64,000 nt of DNA. Origin: Planctomycetota bacterium. Lineage in GTDB: Bacteria > Planctomycetota > Phycisphaerae > WQYP01. The translations under genes were made by a program, and so were the position numbers. How positions within the stretch are numbered: the stretch's first letter is position 1; the number at the start of each line of letters is the position of its first letter. The stretch spans positions 1,492 to 65,491 of the forward strand of contig JAJZGD010000002.1 of assembly GCA_021804985.1 (NCBI GenBank), written 5' to 3'. Positions 48,487 to 60,854 of the stretch are shown here, piece by piece. The notes beneath the pieces were generated by a model. The model was not told where the DNA came from. It ran no database searches and was given only the letters and a program-made list of their open reading frames with translations.

Positions 48487-51400
48487 TTAGTCCACATTGA
48501 AATACCGAGCGTCCGGATGGTGCATGATCAGGGCCGAGGTGGATTGCTCCGGCTGGATCATCCAGTTTTCCGAAAGCTCACAGCCGATACGGGCCGGATC
48601 AAGCAGCTGAAATAGCTTTTCCTGATCTTGCAGTTCGGGGCATGCCGGGTAGCCAAAGCTGTAACGGCAGCCCTGATATTTGCAGGCGAATATTTCCCGC
48701 ATACGGGTGGAATCATAGCCTGCAATGCCCAATTCCTGGCGAATACGCTTATGCCACATCTCGGCCAGCGCCTCGGCAATCTGCACTCCCATGCCGTGAA
48801 AATACAGATACTCCGTGAAATCGCCCTGTTCAAAAAGCTGTTTCTCAAATGGTGTGATCGCATGCCCTGCGGTAACACACATCATGGGCAAAACATCGAT
48901 CCGGCCGGAGCTTTGAGGTGAAATAAAATCGCTCAGGCACCAAAACTTTCGATTTGGCTGCCGCGGAAAGTTGAATCGCAACCACTGCGTTTTCCCATCT
49001 TCACGATAAACAATCAGATCATTCCCATCGGATTGTGCGTGAAAATAACCGTAGACTACCTGCGGCGTAAATAAATTCAGTTCGCGCGATTTTTCCTTGA
49101 TTCTTCGGAAGAGGGGTTGCACATGCTCCCGAGTCCACCGCCGAAATTCATCGCGCTGCATCACACCGCTTTTGAACTGCCATTGCCCTCGGAATAATGC
49201 CACTTCATCAATGTAGGGAAAAACACTTTCGACCGGAATATTCGTTACCACCCGCGTACCAAAAAATGGCGGCTCCGGGATTGGCATCGCGACGCGCACC
49301 CCCACCGGTGGACGCACGGTTGGCACCGGCGCGGGTATGGCTGCGGCCACGATGCGGCCACCCTGCCGCTGGCCCACACTGCGCAGCTGAGCCGTTTCCG
49401 CCTGCTCGCCGGTGGCAACCAGAATTTCCAGAAGCCGCCCGGTGCTGACGTGATCCATGATCCGCAGCCCTTCAAACGCGTCTTTTCCGTAGAACAGCGG
49501 ACCGTTGTAAATCTGCCGCAGATCGGCCTCAACATATCCGCGCGTCAGCGCCGCCCCACCGAGGATCACGGGCGTGCTGATTCCAAGGCGATTGAGTTCC
49601 ACGAGATCATCTTTCATCACCATGGTGGATTTAACCAAAAGGCCTGAGAGGCCGATGGCATCCGCATTGAACTTTTTTGCCGCTTCAATCACATTGGTAA
49701 TCGGCTGTTTAATGCCCAAATTGTGCACGGTAAAACCGTTATTAGACAAAATAATGTCCACGAGGTTTTTGCCAATATCATGTACATCGCCCCGCACCGT
49801 TGCCAACACCAGTGTGCCGCGCGATTTCCCCTCGGCTTTGGGCATGAACGGCTGAAGATAGGCCACGGCCGCCTTCATGACTTCAGCACTTTGCAGCACA
49901 AACGGCAATTGCATCTTGCCCGAGCCGAATAACTCGCCGACGGTTTTCATCCCCGCGAGCAAAAGCTCATTGATGATCTGAAGCGCGGGATAACGCTCCA
50001 GCGCTTCATGCAGATGGTCTGTCAGATGCTGCTTGTCGCCGTCAATAATATGCCGCTTGAGTTTTTCCTCTAGTGGCAAATTTTCTTCGACGGCAGCATC
50101 TTTCTGCGGTGCCCCCAAGGTGCTCAGCAGGCCCAGCGGGTTGTAATCTTCCGCCCGCCGGTCATAAATCAAATCCAGCGCCCACTGGTAATGCTGCGGA
50201 TCAATTCGATTTTCCGGCAGAATTTTGCTGGAGTGAACGATTGCAGACGTAAGACCGGCCTTCGCACATTCACTGAAAAATGCACTGTTGATCACCAGCC
50301 GGGCATACGGTTTAAGACCAAATGACACATTGGAAAGGCCCAGGGTCGTGTGGCAATTGGGAAAGCGCTCTGAGATGGCGCGTATGCCGTCGAGCGTTTC
50401 AATCGCGAGGCGCCGCACTTCTTCCTGACCGGTAACGATGGGAAAAATCAGCGGATCAAAATATATATCGGTCTCGGGAATTCCATATTTTCGCACCAGC
50501 AGTTCGTAAAGCCGCGTCGCAATTTGTAGCTTTCGATCCGCCGTTTTGCCCATCGCCTCGATTTTGTCTTCATCAATGGTTCCCGCTACCACAGCGGCGC
50601 CGTAACGCCGCAGCAGCTCGGCCATTTTCGCAAGCTTTTCCTCCCCTTCCTCCAGATTGATGGAATTGATAATGCATTTCCCCGGCGCTGCCTGCAGCCC
50701 CGCCTCCACGACATCCAACTGCGTTGAATCGATCATCAGCGGCGCGGTCACCTCTTTGGCAAACCGCTGCACCACACCCCGCATATCCGGCACGCCATCT
50801 CTGCCGACATAATCCACGCATACGTCGATTACATGCGAACTTTCTTTCACCTGCTCGCGCCCCATCGCCACCAGCGTGTCCCAATCCTGGCTCAGGAGGG
50901 CATCTTTAAATTTTCGGCTGCCGTTGGTATTGGTGCGTTCTCCAATAATTAAAATGGATTTGTCCTGCCGTGCATCAACCGAACTGTACAACGACGACAC
51001 CGCGCTGCGCGCGGCGTCAATCGGGCGATGAAAGGCGTCGCGCCTTACCGGCCGGAGCGATTTAATCGCCTCGGCGGCGCATTGGATATGGGCTGGCGTG
51101 GTGCCGCAGCATCCGCCGACAATATTCACACCCAAATCGCGCACGAATTCCACATGGGCCTGCGCAAACTCGGCCGGCCTGAGGGGGAAATGGGTTCTCC
51201 CTTCGTGCGGCACAGGAAGCCCCGCGTTGGGCTGCACCGAAATATAGCGGGTGCAACTGCGACTGAGTATTTCAATGTGCTGCCGCATGAGTTCGGGGCC
51301 GGTGGCGCAATTCATTCCAATCACATCCACCGGCAGCGCTTCGAGCGTGGTAATCACTGCGGGCATTTCGGTGCCCAATAGCATGGTACCTACGGTTTCC

Positions 51401-52032
51401 ATCGTCACCTGAACCATCAGTGGTACGTCGATGCGACACTCCCGCATGGCATCAATCGCGGCAATCACTGCCACTTTCGCCTGCAGCAGATCGAAGCAGG
51501 TTTCGATTAAAATGGCATCCACGCCCCCTTCCAACAGACCGCGCATTTGCTCCAGATATGAATCATGCATGATCGCAAATGTCGTGTTGCCCAAGGTGAT
51601 GGATTTGGTGCCGGGCCCGATCGATCCGGCGACAAAACAGGGATGATCGGCGGTTGCGAACGCTTCGGCGGCTTTCCGGGCAATTTTGGCAGCGGTGCGG
51701 TTAATTTCCCGACAGCGATCCTCAAGCCCGAATTCGGCCAGCACGATTTTGCTTCCGCCAAACGTGTCGGTCTCCACGGTATGGCTGCCCGCCGCGTAAT
51801 AGGAAGCATGAATCGCTTCAATCACGTCTGGCCGGCTAAGCACCAGAACTTCGGGGCAGTTTTCCAGATTCCAGAAATCGGCCAGCGTCAGGTTGGCTTC
51901 AAAAATCTGCGTCCCCATGCCGCCATCAAAAAGCATCACGTGGTCGTGGAGAAATTTTAAAAATGGCTTGTTCTCCTGCGATGCATGCAGTTCTGGCGGC
52001 GGCGCTGATGGAATCTCTGCTTCGGTACCCAT
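48487..52032 (-). CDS. metH: cobalamin-dependent methionine synthase
   Basis: Hcy-binding, pterin-binding, B12-binding (DVHDIGKN) and AdoMet-binding modules. The probable start is MGTEAEIP at 52032, downstream of the rluB stop. Confidence 0.9.
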   Translation of the reverse strand: MGTEAEIPSAPPPELHASQENKPFLKFLHDHVMLFDGGMGTQIFEANLTLADFWNLENCPEVLVLSRPDVIEAIHASYYAAGSHTVETDTFGGSKIVLAEFGLEDRCREINRTAAKIARKAAEAFATADHPCFVAGSIGPGTKSITLGNTTFAIMHDSYLEQMRGLLEGGVDAILIETCFDLLQAKVAVIAAIDAMRECRIDVPLMVQVTMETVGTMLLGTEMPAVITTLEALPVDVIGMNCATGPELMRQHIEILSRSCTRYISVQPNAGLPVPHEGRTHFPLRPAEFAQAHVEFVRDLGVNIVGGCCGTTPAHIQCAAEAIKSLRPVRRDAFHRPIDAARSAVSSLYSSVDARQDKSILIIGERTNTNGSRKFKDALLSQDWDTLVAMGREQVKESSHVIDVCVDYVGRDGVPDMRGVVQRFAKEVTAPLMIDSTQLDVVEAGLQAAPGKCIINSINLEEGEEKLAKMAELLRRYGAAVVAGTIDEDKIEAMGKTADRKLQIATRLYELLVRKYGIPETDIYFDPLIFPIVTGQEEVRRLAIETLDGIRAISERFPNCHTTLGLSNVSFGLKPYARLVINSAFFSECAKAGLTSAIVHSSKILPENRIDPQHYQWALDLIYDRRAEDYNPLGLLSTLGAPQKDAAVEENLPLEEKLKRHIIDGDKQHLTDHLHEALERYPALQIINELLLAGMKTVGELFGSGKMQLPFVLQSAEVMKAAVAYLQPFMPKAEGKSRGTLVLATVRGDVHDIGKNLVDIILSNNGFTVHNLGIKQPITNVIEAAKKFNADAIGLSGLLVKSTMVMKDDLVELNRLGISTPVILGGAALTRGYVEADLRQIYNGPLFYGKDAFEGLRIMDHVSTGRLLEILVATGEQAETAQLRSVGQRQGGRIVAAAIPAPVPTVRPPVGVRVAMPIPEPPFFGTRVVTNIPVESVFPYIDEVALFRGQWQFKSGVMQRDEFRRWTREHVQPLFRRIKEKSRELNLFTPQVVYGYFHAQSDGNDLIVYREDGKTQWLRFNFPRQPNRKFWCLSDFISPQSSGRIDVLPMMCVTAGHAITPFEKQLFEQGDFTEYLYFHGMGVQIAEALAEMWHKRIRQELGIAGYDSTRMREIFACKYQGCRYSFGYPACPELQDQEKLFQLLDPARIGCELSENWMIQPEQSTSALIMHHPDARYFNVD

Positions 52033-52045
52033 GCATATTCCTGCT

Positions 52046-52957
52046 TTAACGTGACACCCGTCGGTGTGCCGGCGCCGCCGACGCAGTGGGGCGGCGTCCG
52101 CCGTGCGGGGGCCGGGCACTGGCAGCGGATTTAAGCCGACGGCGTTCTTTATCCAATTCCTTTTTCTCAAACCATTGCTGCGTCGCGGCGCGCTTCCGCG
52201 CCTGGTGCTCATGAGAGCTCGCCTGCCGCAGCCACTGCACCTCAGCCGAATTCAAAAGGCGAAATTCGCCCGCAGAAAGCCCCTTGAGCGTAAGCTTGTC
52301 TGCAATGGCTGCCCTGCAAATATCGCGCACACGGTACCCGGCGCGGGCCAAAACCCGGCGAATTTCCGGATTTCTCCCCTCCGAAAGCCGCACCTCCAAA
52401 GTGGTAAACTGCCGATCACTACTCAACAGCTTTATTTTCAGACCCTCCGTCCGCACGGCCCTTCCGCGCCCCGCCGGGCCAAGCCACGCACCTTTGCGAA
52501 TTTTCTCCAAACTGCCGGGACTCATTTTCCCATCCACCGTCACAACGTACAGCTTCTCCACGCCGTGGCTGGGGTGCGTCAGGCGGTTGGTCAGTTCGCC
52601 GTCGTTGGTCAAAAGCAGCAGGCCGCGGGAATCCATATCCAGCCGCCCCACCGGAAAGACGCGCTGGGAAATACCCCGAAGCAATTCAAAGACGGTCTTG
52701 CGGCCGGCCTGATCCTGGCGGGTTACCAGAATGCCCCGCGGCTTGTACAAAAGCACGTAAATAAGCTCTTCCGGTGCAATAGGCTCGAGCAGCTTTTCAC
52801 CCACCGTGATGCGATCCACTTTGGGGTCCACAAGAATCGGTAATTCCGTGCGAATTTCTCCATTCACGCGCACCTGGCCGTCACGTATCAGGTCTTCGCA
52901 ATGCCGCCGTGATGCGATTCCGCAATCGGCCATGAATTTTTGCAGCCGCATCTGCAT
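52046..52957 (-). CDS. rluB: RsuA/RluB-family pseudouridine synthase
   Basis: S4 domain, catalytic VGRLDMDSRGLLLLTNDG motif, and a basic C-terminal tail. Confidence 0.8.
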   Translation of the reverse strand: MQMRLQKFMADCGIASRRHCEDLIRDGQVRVNGEIRTELPILVDPKVDRITVGEKLLEPIAPEELIYVLLYKPRGILVTRQDQAGRKTVFELLRGISQRVFPVGRLDMDSRGLLLLTNDGELTNRLTHPSHGVEKLYVVTVDGKMSPGSLEKIRKGAWLGPAGRGRAVRTEGLKIKLLSSDRQFTTLEVRLSEGRNPEIRRVLARAGYRVRDICRAAIADKLTLKGLSAGEFRLLNSAEVQWLRQASSHEHQARKRAATQQWFEKKELDKERRRLKSAASARPPHGGRRPTASAAPAHRRVSR

Positions 52958-52960
52958 CCG

Positions 52961-54046
52961 TTATGCCTCCGCTTTCTTTTCACCGCGATCGGGAAGGTCT
53001 GCAACCAGCAACGACAAAGCACTTACCACCCGCAAATAACTCCCTTGCTCTGCGGGCTGGCAGCCGGGCACCAGCAGCGTATCACCGGTTGTGAACGCCA
53101 CCGAATGCTGTCCATGCCAATCCAAAACGGCCTGACCGCCAAGAACGATCCAGACCTGGGCCTGCGGCCGCCGCAAGGGCGATGGCAGCGGCACTGATCC
53201 CTCCGCCACATCCGCCCGCGATAGGTGAAAATAGTCGCAGTCCACCAAATTCGTCCATCGCACATCATCAAATTGCCGGATGCGCCTTCCCGGGGGCAGC
53301 GCCTCAGCGGGAGGCTGATTAAAATTAATAACTTCGGTGGCTTCGGCAATCTGGAGCGCCCGCGGTTTGCCGTCCGGACCGACGCGATTCCAATCGAAGA
53401 TGCGGAACGTGGTGTCGCTGGGCGTCTGCACTTCCGCCGCCAGAATGCCCGCACCCAAAGCATGAATTTGTCCGGATGGCAGGAAATGACAATCGCCGAC
53501 GCGTGCCGGATAACTTCTGAGCAGACCCGCAACCTTTCCCGTCGAGATGGCATCAACAAATTGGCGGCGACCGACGCCGGGCATCAGTCCCTTAAAAAGG
53601 CGAGCGCCGGGGACGGCGTCTAAAATGTACCACGCTTCCGTTTTCAAGTGTGCCCCCTCATGGCTCGCTGCGTAATTGGCTGTGGGGTGCACTTGAACCG
53701 ACAGATCTTCTCCCGCGTCCAGAAACTTTACGAGCAAGGGAAAATGCTCCCCGGCCGAATCCGGCAGAAAGGCCGATTTATAATCCGCCAAAACCTGATG
53801 AAGCGTTTGCCCGGCCAGTGCTCCGTTGCTGATTCGACTGCTCAGCGATCCATCCGCGGCGGCACCGATTGAATCTGCCTTGACCGAACCCGGTGGCAGG
53901 TCCGCAAGTTCCCACGATTCACCCACCGGCGACTTTCGCATTATCTTGGGAATCGGCTTGCCCAACAGCGTTTTGAGCCGCGTGCCGCCCCATATCCTCG
54001 GTTGAAAGATTGGATCAAACTTTAGTGGATAAATCATGCTGGCCAT
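52961..54046 (-). CDS. manA: type I mannose-6-phosphate isomerase
   Basis: Cupin metal ligands (QVHP, ..E.WYIL, H..G). Start MASMIYPLKF at 54046. Confidence 0.7.
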   Translation of the reverse strand: MASMIYPLKFDPIFQPRIWGGTRLKTLLGKPIPKIMRKSPVGESWELADLPPGSVKADSIGAAADGSLSSRISNGALAGQTLHQVLADYKSAFLPDSAGEHFPLLVKFLDAGEDLSVQVHPTANYAASHEGAHLKTEAWYILDAVPGARLFKGLMPGVGRRQFVDAISTGKVAGLLRSYPARVGDCHFLPSGQIHALGAGILAAEVQTPSDTTFRIFDWNRVGPDGKPRALQIAEATEVINFNQPPAEALPPGRRIRQFDDVRWTNLVDCDYFHLSRADVAEGSVPLPSPLRRPQAQVWIVLGGQAVLDWHGQHSVAFTTGDTLLVPGCQPAEQGSYLRVVSALSLLVADLPDRGEKKAEA

Positions 54047-54277
54047 GGGTTCCTTGATTTCCAGGCGACGGATAAGCCCTGTACATACCCCTGTCATCCG
54101 CGCCACGCCTACCCATCTATTGTACGCGGAGCATTGGCAAATTTCGCCGCCCTTACTTCGGCCCGGCCAATGCCCAGGCGGCGTTCCGCCGCGCTTGAGC
54201 GCGGGCATCGGAAATATCCATTTGCAAAACCCGCGATTGTTGCTTATCATTCTATCCGGATAGACGGATTATTCAAA

Positions 54278-55279
54278 ATGCCCACGGGTAGTGACAACAA
54301 TTCGGTCGACGCTTGGGTACGCCTGCTGCGCACGCTCGCAGACCCGGTGCGCATTCGCGTACTGCAGCTGATGGAATCCGGCGGGCGGCCGGCTCTGCGC
54401 GTGGGCGAAATATCGTCCGCCCTCAAAATGCCGCAGTCCACCGTTTCAAGACACCTTAAAACGCTTTTGGATTGCGGGCTTATCGAATCGCGGCGGCAGG
54501 GAACGGCCATGCTTTATCGGCCCAGCAGCAACACCGACCTCGCCGGCTTAAAAGAACTTCGGAACGCTTCCAAAAAAATGCTTCACGATGATGATCAATT
54601 GCAAACAGATTTGTGGCGACTCGGAAAAATTCTCGAGCACCGACACGATGTCGACGTCTTTGCCGAAACGGCACCCGAATGGGATTCAATCCGTGGGCGA
54701 TGGTTTGGCGAAACGTTTCAGTATGAGGCGATGCTTGCAAGCCTCAATCCTCAGTGGGCCGTCGCCGACATTGGCGCGGGAACCGCTTCGCTCTCTGTGG
54801 CGCTCGCCCGCCATGTCGCCCGCGTTTATGCCATTGAACCATCGCAGGCCATGCTTAAGACGGCCCGGCAGCGCATCATTAGTTCCGGCTGCGAAAATAT
54901 TGAGCTTCTTGCAGGCTCGCTCGGTGCGATCCCGGTCGCCGCCGATGCCGTGAATCTGGCCATCGCGTCGCTGGTGCTTCATCATGTGAAAGACATCGCC
55001 GGCGCCTTAGACGAACTTTGCCGCATTGTCTGCCCCGGCGGTTCTGTGCTGATTATCGATCTGCTGCCGCACCAGATTGAATATTTTCGAGAAAAAATGG
55101 GCCATCGCTGGATGGGCTTTAAGCCGCATGATTTTCAGCGGCAGCTTTCCGCCGCTGGTTTTTCTGACAGCCGATGGTATGCGCTGCCTGCACGCACCTC
55201 TGAGCTTAAGGACACCGGCGTGCGCGTTCCAGATCTGTTTGTAATGAGGGGAACCAAACCGCTTGTGGCGGCGAAATAA
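54278..55279 (+). CDS. ArsR-family HTH fused to a class I SAM-dependent methyltransferase
   Basis: ArsR wHTH (LADPVRIRVLQLM..ISSALKMPQSTVSRHLKTL) followed by the MTase motif I VADIGAGTASLS. Confidence 0.75.
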   Translation: MPTGSDNNSVDAWVRLLRTLADPVRIRVLQLMESGGRPALRVGEISSALKMPQSTVSRHLKTLLDCGLIESRRQGTAMLYRPSSNTDLAGLKELRNASKKMLHDDDQLQTDLWRLGKILEHRHDVDVFAETAPEWDSIRGRWFGETFQYEAMLASLNPQWAVADIGAGTASLSVALARHVARVYAIEPSQAMLKTARQRIISSGCENIELLAGSLGAIPVAADAVNLAIASLVLHHVKDIAGALDELCRIVCPGGSVLIIDLLPHQIEYFREKMGHRWMGFKPHDFQRQLSAAGFSDSRWYALPARTSELKDTGVRVPDLFVMRGTKPLVAAK

Positions 55280-55324
55280 TTCCCCGGTTTTATGCCGGAC
55301 AATGTTCCGGCGCGTTATTGTTGA

Positions 55325-56602
<1,278 letters not shown>

Positions 56603-56629
56603 TCCAACGGATATGACAGGCTCAAACTG

Positions 56630-56666
56630 CCGGCCGACGCTCAATCCAGCGTCGGCCTTTTTTTAC
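56630..56666 (+). terminator. rho-independent terminator after ahcY
   Basis: GCCGACGCT / AGCGTCGGC stem followed by TTTTTTT. Confidence 0.6.
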
Positions 56667-56757
56667 ATATCCGGTTCTTGTCCCGTGTGATGCATTGCCT
56701 CGGACAGGCTCCTATAATCAGTGGGTTACGCGATTGTTTTTCTTTTTGGAGATACTG

Positions 56758-57438
56758 ATGTCCGTTTCCATCCTCTTTCACGGCCACTCAACTTTGGAAA
56801 TGACCAGCGGTGAGCACCGACTGATTATTGACCCCTTTCTGGATCAAAATCCCCTCGCAGATGTAAAGGCGACCACCATCAAGACGCCGCATATTCTGCT
56901 TTCTCATGCCCATTTTGATCATACGGCGGATGCCGAGGCGATCGCGAAGCAAAACAATGCCACGATTTACTGCAATGTCGAAATGTCGCAATATTATGAA
57001 AAGCGAGGAATTCAGGTCGTGGGGCTCAATCAGGGGGGAAGTGTAAAGACGCCGTTCGGCCGCATCGCGCTGACCATTGCATTTCATACGAGTACCTTTG
57101 CCGACGGCTCCAATGGCGGGGTGGCGTGCGGATGGATTATTGAAATTGGCGGCAAGCGCATTTATTTCGCCGGAGACACCGCCCTGTTTGGTGATATGGC
57201 GCTGATCGGTCGCATCTGGAAGCCGGATATGGCCATTCTACCGATTGGTGATCATTACACCATGGGGCCGGCGGATGCCGTCCTGGCGGCAGAAATGATC
57301 GGCGCACCGCTTGTGATGCCCGTGCACTTTAATACGTTTCCGCCGATCACGCAGGACGCGGGCGCCTTCGCCGACGATTTGCGAATCAAAGGTCTTACGC
57401 CGGTGGTGCTGGTGCCGGGGGGAAAATTTGAACTCTGA
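56758..57438 (+). CDS. MBL-fold metal-dependent hydrolase (UPF0173-like)
   Basis: HAHFDH motif; about 226 aa. Confidence 0.7.
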   Translation: MSVSILFHGHSTLEMTSGEHRLIIDPFLDQNPLADVKATTIKTPHILLSHAHFDHTADAEAIAKQNNATIYCNVEMSQYYEKRGIQVVGLNQGGSVKTPFGRIALTIAFHTSTFADGSNGGVACGWIIEIGGKRIYFAGDTALFGDMALIGRIWKPDMAILPIGDHYTMGPADAVLAAEMIGAPLVMPVHFNTFPPITQDAGAFADDLRIKGLTPVVLVPGGKFEL

Positions 57439-57609
57439 CGCTTACGTGACAGCCGGGCCGCCGGGCGGTCCCGCAGCCTTTACCAATAAAAAAGATCGCC
57501 CGCTGCAACACACAGCGGGCGATCTCGGTTATGGGAGGAAACTGCAACTGCGACCACTACTGGTATCGGTAACAATTAATAAACTCTTGAGGTAAACTGC
57601 AAAAGTTAT

Positions 57610-59277
57610 TTGTGGTCCGCTGCGATGGTTATGTCGGCGTCGCCGGGTGCGTCATCGCCCCTTACAGACGGGCAACAATGGCGAATATTATCGGAGCCTG
57701 TTTTGACGCCGCAAACCCTCGTCTATCTGGTCGGCGCCGGCCCCGGTGATCCCGGGCTGCTGACATTGGCCGGTCGCGACGCCCTGGCATCGGCCGCAGT
57801 GGTAATTTATGACGCCCTGGCCAATCCCGCCTTACTCGCTCACGCGCCACCGCAGACAGAATTTATCTACGCCGGCAAGCAATCCAACCGCCATACCCTT
57901 TCACAGGCGCAAATAAACGCTCTTCTGGTCGAAAAATGGCATCAGGTATCCGCAAGCGCCTCCGCGCATGATGGCCAAGCCCCGCGCCATATCGTGCGGC
58001 TTAAAGGGGGTGATCCTTATGTATTCGGCCGCGGCGGCGAAGAAGCGCAATACCTCTTTGCGCATAATGTTCCATTTCGCGTGATTCCCGGTATTACCAG
58101 TGGGATCGCCGGGCCCGCCTATGCCGGCATCCCTGTTACGCATCGAGAAGTTACCAGCACACTCACCCTGGTGACCGGGCATCAGCAAGAGGGGGGCGTG
58201 GAAACCACAGGTGTTAATTTTGACGCCTTGGCGAAACTCGATGGCACGCTGGTGTTTTATATGGGTGTCAAATCGATGCCCACCATCGCGGCCAAACTCG
58301 TTGCCGCCGGTCTTGATCCGGGAACCCCCGCGGCCGTCATCCAACGCGCCACACACCCCAGTCAAAAAACCCTCCGCACCACTGTGGGCGAATTGCAGGC
58401 GGCCGAACGGACTGCCAGCATAGCCCCGCCCGCCATCACCATTATCGGACGGGTGGCGGCCATGGGGCCGGAATTAAATTGGTTTGAAAAACGCCCCCTG
58501 TTCGGCCAAACCGTGCTGGTAACGCGAACCCGGGATCAGGCGGGCGAATTGACCCACGCGCTCATGGATCTCGGGGCACGTGTGATTGAAGCACCCACCA
58601 TCGAACTCGCGCCCCCCACCGATGCGGCGGCCCTGCAGGCGGCGATACGCCGCATTTCATCCATGGATATGGCAATATTTACCAGCGTCAACGGCGTAGG
58701 TGCAACCTGGAATGAATTACGCAGGGCGAACCTTGACGCCCGGTGTTTCCCGAAAAAGGTGATCGCCGTCGGGCCGTCCACCCGCCAGGCCTTAAGCCAG
58801 ATCGGAATCATTGCCGATCTGATGCCCGACGAATTTACCGGCGATAAGCTCGCCGTGAGCGTGCAACAACGCCTTGGCGACATCCGGAACGCAAGGATTA
58901 TCCTGCTTCGAGCCCAAATCGCCCGCCCCGCCCTCAGCCAGGCCCTCAGCCAGGCGGGCGCCATCGTGGAAGATGTCGCCATTTATCAGACGCTTCGTCC
59001 CGCCCAATTGCCGCCGGCGGCCATCGCGGCACTGGACGCCGGGGAAATTACACTTGCGACCTTTACCAGTGCATCCACGGCGAATAATCTTTACGCTATG
59101 CTTCCAACCGAACTCCGCAGCAAGATACGCTCTATTTCCAAATTATCGATCGGGCCGATTACTTCCGATGCCTTGCGAACCCTTGGCTGGGGCGAACATC
59201 TCATTGAAGCGGCGCAGCATGATATACCCGGTATGATCAAGGCATTGTCGGAGGCTGCGCTCCCGGACTGCGCCTGA
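57610..59277 (+). CDS. cobA-hemD: uroporphyrinogen-III C-methyltransferase fused to uroporphyrinogen-III synthase
   Basis: SUMT N-terminus (VYLVGAGPGDPGLLT) plus a C-terminal HemD-like domain; start uncertain. Confidence 0.8.
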   Translation: MWSAAMVMSASPGASSPLTDGQQWRILSEPVLTPQTLVYLVGAGPGDPGLLTLAGRDALASAAVVIYDALANPALLAHAPPQTEFIYAGKQSNRHTLSQAQINALLVEKWHQVSASASAHDGQAPRHIVRLKGGDPYVFGRGGEEAQYLFAHNVPFRVIPGITSGIAGPAYAGIPVTHREVTSTLTLVTGHQQEGGVETTGVNFDALAKLDGTLVFYMGVKSMPTIAAKLVAAGLDPGTPAAVIQRATHPSQKTLRTTVGELQAAERTASIAPPAITIIGRVAAMGPELNWFEKRPLFGQTVLVTRTRDQAGELTHALMDLGARVIEAPTIELAPPTDAAALQAAIRRISSMDMAIFTSVNGVGATWNELRRANLDARCFPKKVIAVGPSTRQALSQIGIIADLMPDEFTGDKLAVSVQQRLGDIRNARIILLRAQIARPALSQALSQAGAIVEDVAIYQTLRPAQLPPAAIAALDAGEITLATFTSASTANNLYAMLPTELRSKIRSISKLSIGPITSDALRTLGWGEHLIEAAQHDIPGMIKALSEAALPDCA

Positions 59278-59369
59278 GATGCTACCCGCGAGGTGGTGTC
59301 CAGCAGTATCAAAAAAGGAGAGATGGGAGGCTTGTTGAGTGCGGATGTGCAGGAAGGCGAGGACTCTTT

Positions 59370-60134
59370 ATGTCAGAAATAACGCCTGTTCAAAAGCTAA
59401 AAATGAACGTGCGGACGGCCCGGGCATTTACCCTTGTGGAAATGCTCGTGGTGCTCTTGGTCATTACGATTTTAATCGGGATCGGCTTGGCGGTCGGCAC
59501 GCAGGTTGAAAACAGCTCGGAGGCGAATTTAACCAAAACCGAACTTGGAAACCTGCAGGCCGCTTTGGTTTGGTATGAGCACAAAAGCGGCGGCAAAATT
59601 CCGGCCAACATGGGGCAGTTTCTCCAGGGCTATCAGCTTGATCATGCCTATCCTGGGCCCTCGGGCACTTTTAAACAGACCCCCAATATTCTCACCGCCC
59701 TTCCTGCCAACCTCGTCGTTACAGGAACTTTCAACGGGCCATCCACCGGCGGCACCGGGTCGGGTGGTACGATGACGGGCGTCATTGCCGTGCTCGATGC
59801 CTTCGGTAATCCGATTCAGTACGTTCCGCCAGCGTCGGCGGGCACGCCGACCCTTTACGCCAGCCCCGCGACCCCGAGCAGTGGAAATGCCGCCGCGCTG
59901 ACGTGGCTTTCGACTTCCACTTACTACAGCCAAGACGAAGCCAACCTTCCATCCGTTGTCGTCAATATCAATACCTTTCAGGGCGGCAATTGGAGTCCCA
60001 GCAGTCAAAGCATCTCCGAGCACGCCCCCTACTTTTTCAGCTTTGGGCCGCTGATGGGCGCAGCGCAGGCCAATACGCCCCCCAATTCAACTACTTTTGG
60101 CCCCGCGGACTATATCTACAGCTACAGCCAGTAA
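59370..60134 (+). CDS. prepilin-type N-terminal cleavage/methylation domain protein (pseudopilin-like)
   Basis: ARAFTLVEMLVVLLVITILIGIG N-terminal motif. Confidence 0.7.
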   Translation: MSEITPVQKLKMNVRTARAFTLVEMLVVLLVITILIGIGLAVGTQVENSSEANLTKTELGNLQAALVWYEHKSGGKIPANMGQFLQGYQLDHAYPGPSGTFKQTPNILTALPANLVVTGTFNGPSTGGTGSGGTMTGVIAVLDAFGNPIQYVPPASAGTPTLYASPATPSSGNAAALTWLSTSTYYSQDEANLPSVVVNINTFQGGNWSPSSQSISEHAPYFFSFGPLMGAAQANTPPNSTTFGPADYIYSYSQ

Positions 60135-60335
60135 TCTCGCCACCGCGATAGCGACTGCCGCTCCCCGATATTGGCCAACAAACCTTTGGCTGTTATGCCG
60201 CGTGCGTTATCGGCGGCGGCTTTAGCTGAAAATTCTAAAGTTTTCCTTTCCATCCTACATCGATCATCTATGATGTGATTAGAGCAATTGGCCGCGGCGG
60301 CATCCCGGCTTCAGTTCCCATTTCAGGAGAGAGCC

Positions 60336-60854
60336 ATGCGTCCTAAATTTGATTTTCGATCCGCGGATCTTCCCGTGCTTGTCGCAGGCATTGTGATTTT
60401 AACGGGTGTGATGGCCTGGTTCCGGGTGCAGGCCGCCGAGCAGACGGAGCTTGTCAGTACGCGTATTACCTTGGCCACGCTGCAGCAGGCGCTGAATCAA
60501 TATGAATCGCACTTCAAACGTCCGCCGCCGCTCCAGGGCCGAAAGCCTGCGCTGCAGCAGTTTCTTCTCGACTACCAGCGCGCCGTATACCAGCGAGCGT
60601 TTACCTATGTCAATCGTACCGGGCAGCGTGTGGATCAGCCCGATGTGCTCACATTTATTCGCCCCGGCGACGCGGTGCGCGGAACCGTTCACCTGCCCAA
60701 CGGCAAATCGATTTGCGGCCTGGTGAATGTTACCGATGGATTTGGACGCAGCATTCGATACATACCCACTCAAATGATCTCGTGGCGAGCCCCCTGTTTC
60801 GCCAGCGTGCCACCGGGCACTTCGCGCCCGAGCCAGTGGATTTATAGCCGATGA
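60336..60854 (+). CDS. hypothetical membrane-anchored protein
   Basis: ORF with a single N-terminal TM helix; no recognised domain. Confidence 0.35.
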   Translation: MRPKFDFRSADLPVLVAGIVILTGVMAWFRVQAAEQTELVSTRITLATLQQALNQYESHFKRPPPLQGRKPALQQFLLDYQRAVYQRAFTYVNRTGQRVDQPDVLTFIRPGDAVRGTVHLPNGKSICGLVNVTDGFGRSIRYIPTQMISWRAPCFASVPPGTSRPSQWIYSR

